Shown here in pieces: positions 56,638 through 64,000 of a DNA stretch of 64,000 nt. The stretch covers positions 50,592,001-50,656,000 of the forward strand of contig OZ024745.1 of assembly GCA_964016885.1 (NCBI GenBank), read 5' to 3'. The notes below the pieces were generated by a model. The model did no database searches, was not told the origin of the DNA, and was given only the letters and a program-made list of their open reading frames with translations. The position numbers and the translations under genes are program-made. Numbering within the stretch: position 1 is the first letter of the stretch; each line of letters opens with the position of its first letter. The DNA comes from Eledone cirrhosa (Eukaryota).

Positions 56638-56796
56638 GAGTCCAGAAATAGCAGTCGAAACGGCTTGAGCTCTGCCGTCGGGGTCAAACATTTTCCTATT
56701 ACCCATTCTACTACCCTAAGTATTGAGTACTCTGGTGCGTCATGGTCCATCTGGTTCCTTACCATACCTCCTTCGTTTATATACATATCTAGAAAG

Positions 56797-56830
<34 letters not shown>

Positions 56831-56833
56831 TGG

Positions 56834-56897
<64 letters not shown>

Positions 56898-58140
56898 TAT
56901 TAATGCACATGCCTCGATTTCCCTCCATATTATATGGTTGCAATTTAAATCAATAGTTTCATTTTATATTCATTTAAGTAAATTATAATAGAATTCTTTC
57001 ATAATGTCGTTATCAAACAAATATCCTTTATATTATTTGTCCTTAAAAAACAGTGTTAGATTATTATTTATACAACGTTGTTATGTTCAGAAAATTTGAA
57101 GAAATTGTTATGGTGCAGACTCTACTAATATGATATGAATATAATGGACCTCGTAGCCGCAGGGTTGTAAGGGCTAAAGACTTCCAAATCCTTCCATAAG
57201 AAAACACAACAAAACAATAATAATGTAATACAGTGTAAAAAAAAGTATTTTATGTCAGATGATCAGGCTTAGCGTGCTATGCGGATTAGAAAACGATAGT
57301 TGAGCAATGGGACATAGTTAAAGATAGCGGAATTGGGTGATTAGTAATGTTGAAAAATGTTAATGTTTAAAGTGGTCACTCATATTTGTCTACGGAAGGA
57401 TAGGGAACAAAAGAAATGTTGTTTGTTATTATTTTATATTCAATTTTGCGTGTATTATGAATGTGAACAGGAAACTGATAAAACCACTTCACTGCTTGGC
57501 ACCACCATGACTTTCGCATATCACTGATCTTAATCTTCTTAAGGCGGCAAATTGGCAGTCAATAGGGCGTCGGATTGAAATTGCCTCGACATTTATTCCG
57601 GCTCACTGCGTCCCGAGATCAAATTCCGCCGAGTAAAATAAAGTACCCGTCCAAGACTGATGTCGGTTTTTCTCTCACTGGAAGGAATTGGCTGTGTTCC
57701 GACCTGGAGAGGGATTGGCTTGGCCAGGTTTATAATAGCCAATACATGCCGGATATCATGACGGTGCCCCACAACTCCACCAGGAGTAAGGGCCCATTAC
57801 CTCATTACTATAATCTGCTCAACTTCGTGCATTTCTCATCAGGACGCGTAATACACATATTTACCACTGATGTAAAATCCTTATATAGTGCCATCAACGA
57901 CATGATCTTAGCCCATAAACCTTTCTTCGAAGTCATCTTTTCCCTTAAACCCAGTACCATCACCTTTTCATCAAGCTGAAATTATCCATAAACTCGACTG
58001 TTTCACTTTGTTTTCTGCGTTTTAACTCAACAAATTGTATTCTTTGTTCGTGTGCGTGTGTATATGTAATTATACATACATACATACATACATACATACA
58101 CACATACATACATACATACATACATACATACATACATACA

Positions 58141-58169
<29 letters not shown>

Positions 58170-58172
<3 letters not shown>

Positions 58173-58662
58173 ATATCAAAGATTAGTGAAAAGGAGAATA
58201 TTTATGCAGAACTGATGAGAAATCTGCAGATACTCTACCCTGATTACACCTTCAGATGTATGCCTGTGATTGTTGGGGCACTGGGATATGTTAGTAACTA
58301 CCTCAATACAAATCTTGAGAAGCTAGGCTTCACAGGAACAGAAAGAACACAACTAGAATTACAAGTACAATCCATTAATGGAACAGTAAAAATATGTAAA
58401 ACATTCCAAAAATGTTGCATTTAATAACTGCATATACACATGTACAGATACAAAGCATATAGACATGCACACATACAACTCAAAACATACACATCCACAC
58501 ATACAATAACATCCATATCTACACATGCATGCATGCAGACATACATACATATCTACCTAGTTGATGTTGTGTAAATTCCAATGAGAGAGTCTTGTGTCTA
58601 TGTTAGAAACCGACTCTCTCTCTCTATTGGTAAAACTTTGTGAAACTATAAAACCAGAAGAA
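58170..58662 (+). mobile_element. R4/Dong-like LINE 3' end (RLE C-terminus and 3' UTR) within (CATA)n
   Basis: KISEKENIYAEL..LYPDY..MPVIVGALG..LEKLG..GTVKICKTF; (CATA)n on both sides. Confidence 0.7.
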
Positions 58663-59187
58663 CATACATACATACTTACATACATACATACATACATACA
58701 TGATGGCTGCATCTCGATTTCAAGAATTCCCATCACTTGATCCTTTTCTTATACATGGGTAGCACGAACATAACTTTTTAGCCCTGCCAAGGACGTACAT
58801 TACTTTCTTCTGCATACATTACTTTCTACTGCAGCGGAAGAAAGAAATAGCTACTGCCAGCAATGCTGATGCAACACACGTGAAAGAGGTTTTGATCGAG
58901 TGATGCTGAGCTGGAAACTGTTTGAAGAAAGGCGTTCTCTGAGCAACGGTGACAGGTATCCAACAAGGGGAACAGGTCAGCATCATTGGCTGCCATCAAG
59001 TTGCAGGCTCTGATGTAACATCAGAGTTTTCTTTCTCCTAGAATAATGTCCTGCCTCTCACCCTCGGTGGGCTAATAAACGCGCTCGGACACCAAACCGA
59101 ATATTTCCATGTCCCGCGCATACATGCATACATCTATAGACACATTGACATATGTTATATATATATATATATATATAACATATGTGA

Positions 59188-59229
<42 letters not shown>

Positions 59230-61037
59230 GACCATTTTAGAGTACAAATAGCTAAACTAATCACTACAGTTAAATTGCTCAAATCCCCACCCCCATCCCA
59301 CCCAATTCAGAAATGCTTCCACCACCCCTGTATATGCATACACATATATATGTTTGTTAACTTATATATATATATATAATTTTATTCGAAACGGCTTGAG
59401 CTCTGCCGTCGGGGTCATACTTGTTCCTATTACCCACTCTACTACCCTAAGTATTGAGTACTTTGGTGCGTTATGGTCCATCTGGTTCCTTACCACATTT
59501 CCTTCGTTATATATATATATATAGTAAGAGTCTAATGAGTAAATCGAATAAAATAATATATATATATATATATAAGTTAACAAACATACATATGTAAGTT
59601 AACAAACATATATATGTGTGTATGCATATACAGGAGCGGTGAAAGCATTTCTGAATTGGGTGGCGTGGGTGGGTGGGGGGGGGATTTGAGAAATTTAGCT
59701 GTAATGATTAGTTTAGCTATTTGTACTCTAAATGCGATAAACAATATGTTCATAAATTTTAGCGCATATCCAAATAAATGAGTGTTTGGTAGTTTGGGAG
59801 GAAATATAATTATTGGAGGGAAGGGGCAGCCCCCCCCCCCCCAGTTCCACCGCCACTGTGAATATATAATTAAAAAAATATGCTGTGTGCCCTTTCCTAA
59901 GGGGTTAATATATCGAGCTTTTTCACATTTGCTAAGAAACCGGTATTATACTCCATTTATTAATCTTATATATATATACACATTTATTTACTATGGTTAT
60001 TGGTGAGCTTTGTTACTCTAAAGGTTCATTTACGCACTCACAGGATCACCAGTATTGTCTGGTGAGTACACAGGTGAGACTGCAGAGTAACAAGGCTTAG
60101 CCATAATAAATGAATATTTAAACTCTACTTCGGTATTGAGTTTCCATTCTTACGTCCGTCAATAATTCACGTACTCTCAGGTCTTGAATAATCGTCCCCA
60201 CCCCGTGCTTATTAAATTGTCAGATCTCTCCACCCGGATTTTATTCAACCCCCACCCACCACTCCTTATTAAAGTTTGCTAATCTATCTCCAGCGAAATT
60301 TTATTGTAAGTAATTTATATTGATACAGCAGCTGGAGGATATAATAAGGATTTTATTTTACATTAAAAAAAACAACAAACATTTTATATGACAAAAGAAG
60401 AACATCAAAAGGAATTCCATATCTACGAACGAACACTTTACAATTACTGATTTCCCAAGCAAGCCCCAATATTGTCATCCCTCCTATTATTTGGGATCCG
60501 AGAGTGCCACCAAACTTTCCTCCTCTCTATGTCGATCACACAAAACTTTCTTTCGATCCCCCTCTCTGTATCTACTAAAACCAAACTCTACCTCTCTTTA
60601 TCCCACTCTCTATATCTAAGACTAATACACTCTCTCACTCTCTATAAATATCTCTACTTATCTCTCCCAACCTTCTCTGTATATCAATCACACCTAAATT
60701 CTCACCCACTCTATATTTACTACGCGGCACTCTTCCATTATCCCTCTCTGTATATCTACAATCACCAAATTCTCCCCCTCTCTATATCTACTTCACGGTA
60801 CTCTCTTCCAATCCCTCTCTCTATATCAATTACCACTTGATATAGACGTGAATTACTTCGCTCCGGACTTTTACGGATTATTGTAAAAAAAACTGTGAGT
60901 TCATTGCTCAATTTAATAGCATTGTTTAGTTTAACCCCTTGCCTGGGCCTTCAGACGTTGAGTCAACTAATTTTCGCCCCTTTCTGGGGCGAGATTTTCA
61001 TTTTCATCTCAAAACTGTGTAGACTTGGTAGTCAGCA

Positions 61038-62918
61038 ATGGATGCCATTTCCACCTCGCACACTGTCGTGAGTGCCACGCCCACTAAGAAAAGTGGTGGA
61101 GGGAAGGTAGGAGTACAAAGCTTGCAGCCTCCCCCCCTCGCATTATCGAAAAACGTTGAAAATATTAAAACCACGAAACCAAACCCGGTAAATAATACCA
61201 GCACCAACAACAAGAACAATGACAATAACACCACAACCAACAACTGCAACAATAGCAACACCAAGGAAAACATGAACAATATTACCAACAGTGACAACAA
61301 CAGCAGCAACAAAAAAGACAACAACACCAAAACAACGTTCGCACAGACTGTAAAAAAAACGAACTATACACGCCAATAGACATAACAAATGCTAAACAAC
61401 TACTACAAGACGCAAAACAATTCGTGACTTTTGGCGAAAACGGTACTTTTAGCATCAATTCTCCACAGGAATTACGTAGAGAGGCTGTCCTGAAAACTGT
61501 GGTTTTCAGGACAATATCGAACGAAACAAGAAAACCAGCTCAATTATCACAAAATGAAATTGAGCTGGTTCTAAAAGATGCAATGAAGGACATAACCTTC
61601 AGAAAAAAAGGTAAACTGTTTGGTAGCATTTCGGTGCTAATGAACAACCAGTCAACAGCACAAAAGTACTCGATAGCACCCATTGTGTCCCCCCGCTTCA
61701 CCTTTTTCCCCACATACAGGGGAAAAAGGACACAAAGAATAAAAATAATGAGTATCACACCAAATGTAAATATTTGGTGGATGCTATGTGGAATCATTGA
61801 CTTTGATGAAGACAAGATAATTTCAATAGGAAAGTCCTCCGGAGGTATATTGGGGTGGGACCAGCGTAGAAGTTCTGGTGCAAATGAGCCCAGAACGAAT
61901 AGCGAATATCCCACAACGCGTGCCTCTGGACGAGCTAACTTATATAAACATTTCAGTGGAGAGAAGGCGGCCGTCATGTTACCACTGCTTAAGCAGGGGT
62001 CACCTGAGGGCTGCCTGTCCTCAATTAACGAGTAAAAAAAAAGGCTCTTCTGCCAACCCCGAACACAACAACACAATCACCACCACCACCACCACCACCA
62101 CCACCACCACCACCACCACCACCACCACCACCACCACCACCACCACCACAACCACAACAACAACAACAACAACAACAACAACCACAACAACACGGAAAAA
62201 TAACAACGCAAAACACTGTTCCACCCAACCCCTCCCCACCTAAAACAAATACAAAAGCAACCACAACAAAACCCCAAAATATACCCTTCCCCAACAACAC
62301 GGAAGAGGACTCCGTATCAACGTCACCCAGTGACGACGAGGGAGAACCCTTTCAACAGGTGAAAAGGAAAAAAAAAGGCACCACATTAACAAAAATGCTA
62401 CAAACACACAACCACCAGCACAAACAGAACAAACATCACAAACAAAAAAACCCACCCCTCTCCAAAACATAATACATACTACAAAACGCAAACACGCACA
62501 AGAACAACAAACAAAAACAAACACAACACAACAAAAACTCTATACATACATTAACAAGAACAATAAAAGGTTGATGAAAGCAATAGAAAATAACTCTTCG
62601 GTGGAAACCGAAGGGATCACTTTCACCTACGCAGCGAACAAACCGCACCTAATGATGATTAGGGTCCCAACGGAAACCTATGTAACTTTGAAAAAGAACC
62701 ATCCAATGCATGTTGGGACCAACTGCACCAAACCACATAACAGCGTCCTATTGAGATGTTTCCCCACCCCCACACCAGACACCCACACCCTACCAAACAC
62801 CCTAATCCCACCACACACTGATGTCCTCACCCCACCACAAACCACCACCCCACCAAACAACCCTTCCAACACCCTCATGGAAATTGTGCAGCCTGGTCCC
62901 CAGGAGACGAAGAGGTAA
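61038..62918 (+). pseudogene. LINE ORF1 (gag-like), frameshifted
   Basis: TFAQTVK, TYRGKRTQRIKI, zinc knuckle CYHCLSRGHLRAAC, (ACC)n poly-Thr; split over at least four ORFs. Confidence 0.75.
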
Positions 62919-62960
62919 GTAATTTCCTTTCCTCTTCCTTTATAACTCTTCAGCACTAAC

Positions 62961-64000
62961 ATGGCCAATATAAGAGTTGGATGTGTGAATGCACGCGGCT
63001 TAGGGATGTCCTGGAAACAGGGCAAACTCTTAAATGACCTCAGGTCGCACAGAGTGGATGTGATGGTTATTTACGAGTCCAGGATCAGCAGCGAGCGCCA
63101 ACTGGCCCCCATCTTCGACGACTTTGAGATCTACGCATCTCTCTGTCAGCCGAGGGGTGGGGGTGGGGTTGTCGTTCTGCTGCGAAAATACCTGGGTCTT
63201 GCCACACAGAAGGTACACCTGGACCCAGAGGGTCGACTGGTGGTTTTAGACGTCGGCAGTGGTGAAGGTGGAGCTTTCAGGCTGGTAGCAGCGTATGCCA
63301 CATCTGGGACACCGCGACCGGACTTCTTCCGACGCCTGGAGAATTTCCTGGGAACGTCTCGCTCCTTGCTTTTAGTGGGGGACTGGAATGGTATCCTGGA
63401 TGCACGTTGGGACTATGTAGGGGCATGTCCCGATAGAGGGGGGTGTAACAGCCTCAAACGATTAATCGGCCGATTTGATCTGGCCGATAGATATCGACTA
63501 GATTTTCCGACTGTGCCACGGTGGACGTGGAGTAATCGCAGCGGAACATCTAGGTCGTACCTAGATAGGTTCCTAGTTAGAAATAAGGATAGGGACATAT
63601 TAAGGTGTCCACGAATGTTCATGGTTGACTATTCGGATCACAAGTTGGTGACTGGAGTGGTCAACCTTGATAGAACTCATAGACAGGGACCCGGTTACTG
63701 GAAGCTAAACTTGTCTTTACCGACAAACAAAGCTTACAGTAAGTGGATTAGCACACTAGTTAAGCAGCGTTTGACGGGGGCAATTGTCAACAGCAGGTGG
63801 TGGGGCTCTCTCAAGAGAGAAATTAGAATAGAATCGATAGGTTTTAGTCGGGAATTAGCATCAGATAGGAATAGAACTGAAAGGGAATTAACAAATAGAG
63901 TAGAAGAGGCGATTAGGAGTGGCAGCGTGGCCGGCGTGCTGGCGTCAAGAACGGCCCTAGACCAGTTCTTTGATGCGAAGCACGAGGGCTGCGTTGTCAG
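62961..64000 (+). CDS. LINE ORF2: APE-type endonuclease and linker (partial, open to window end)
   Basis: Hand translation, no stop: MANIRVGCVNARGL..YES..GGGVVVL..GRLVVLD..AAYA..VGDWN..WTW..SYLDRF..YSDHK..GPGYWKLN. Confidence 0.9.
   Translation, partial: MANIRVGCVNARGLGMSWKQGKLLNDLRSHRVDVMVIYESRISSERQLAPIFDDFEIYASLCQPRGGGGVVVLLRKYLGLATQKVHLDPEGRLVVLDVGSGEGGAFRLVAAYATSGTPRPDFFRRLENFLGTSRSLLLVGDWNGILDARWDYVGACPDRGGCNSLKRLIGRFDLADRYRLDFPTVPRWTWSNRSGTSRSYLDRFLVRNKDRDILRCPRMFMVDYSDHKLVTGVVNLDRTHRQGPGYWKLNLSLPTNKAYSKWISTLVKQRLTGAIVNSRWWGSLKREIRIESIGFSRELASDRNRTERELTNRVEEAIRSGSVAGVLASRTALDQFFDAKHEGCVV

Larger units (their letters stand above)
60850..64000 (+). mobile_element. Tx1/L1-group LINE, 5' part (runs off the window; 5' boundary approximate)
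   Basis: ORF1 with CCHC knuckle followed by APE-endonuclease ORF2. Confidence 0.88.

Overview
AT-rich, repeat-saturated animal DNA. The SINE and microsatellite repertoire looks cephalopod (Octopus-like); this is an inference. I can support no host protein-coding gene, and most long ORFs in the track are translated (TA)n/(TATG)n/(CA)n microsatellites. The window holds tRNA-derived SINEs, RTE and R4-type LINE fragments, a bipartite non-autonomous RTE derivative, two Tigger/pogo-like MITEs, Penelope-like (PLE) RT and GIY-YIG remnants, and the 5' part of a Tx1/L1-group LINE with an open APE-endonuclease ORF2 at the right edge. The main hidden signal is RNA-level. Folding by eye gives about 12 sequence-unrelated families of minimal type I hammerhead ribozyme (HHR) motifs, more than 20 copies in all, nearly all beside (TA)n tracts and in tandem and/or fold-back arrangements. 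The best case is a retrozyme-like array of five ~316-bp tandem units plus an inverted 1.4-unit end (5771-7774), with a compensated U3:A8 hammerhead core in every unit. Other families carry U4A or U4C cores or a long stem II. All folds were assigned by eye; no ribozyme activity is demonstrated.
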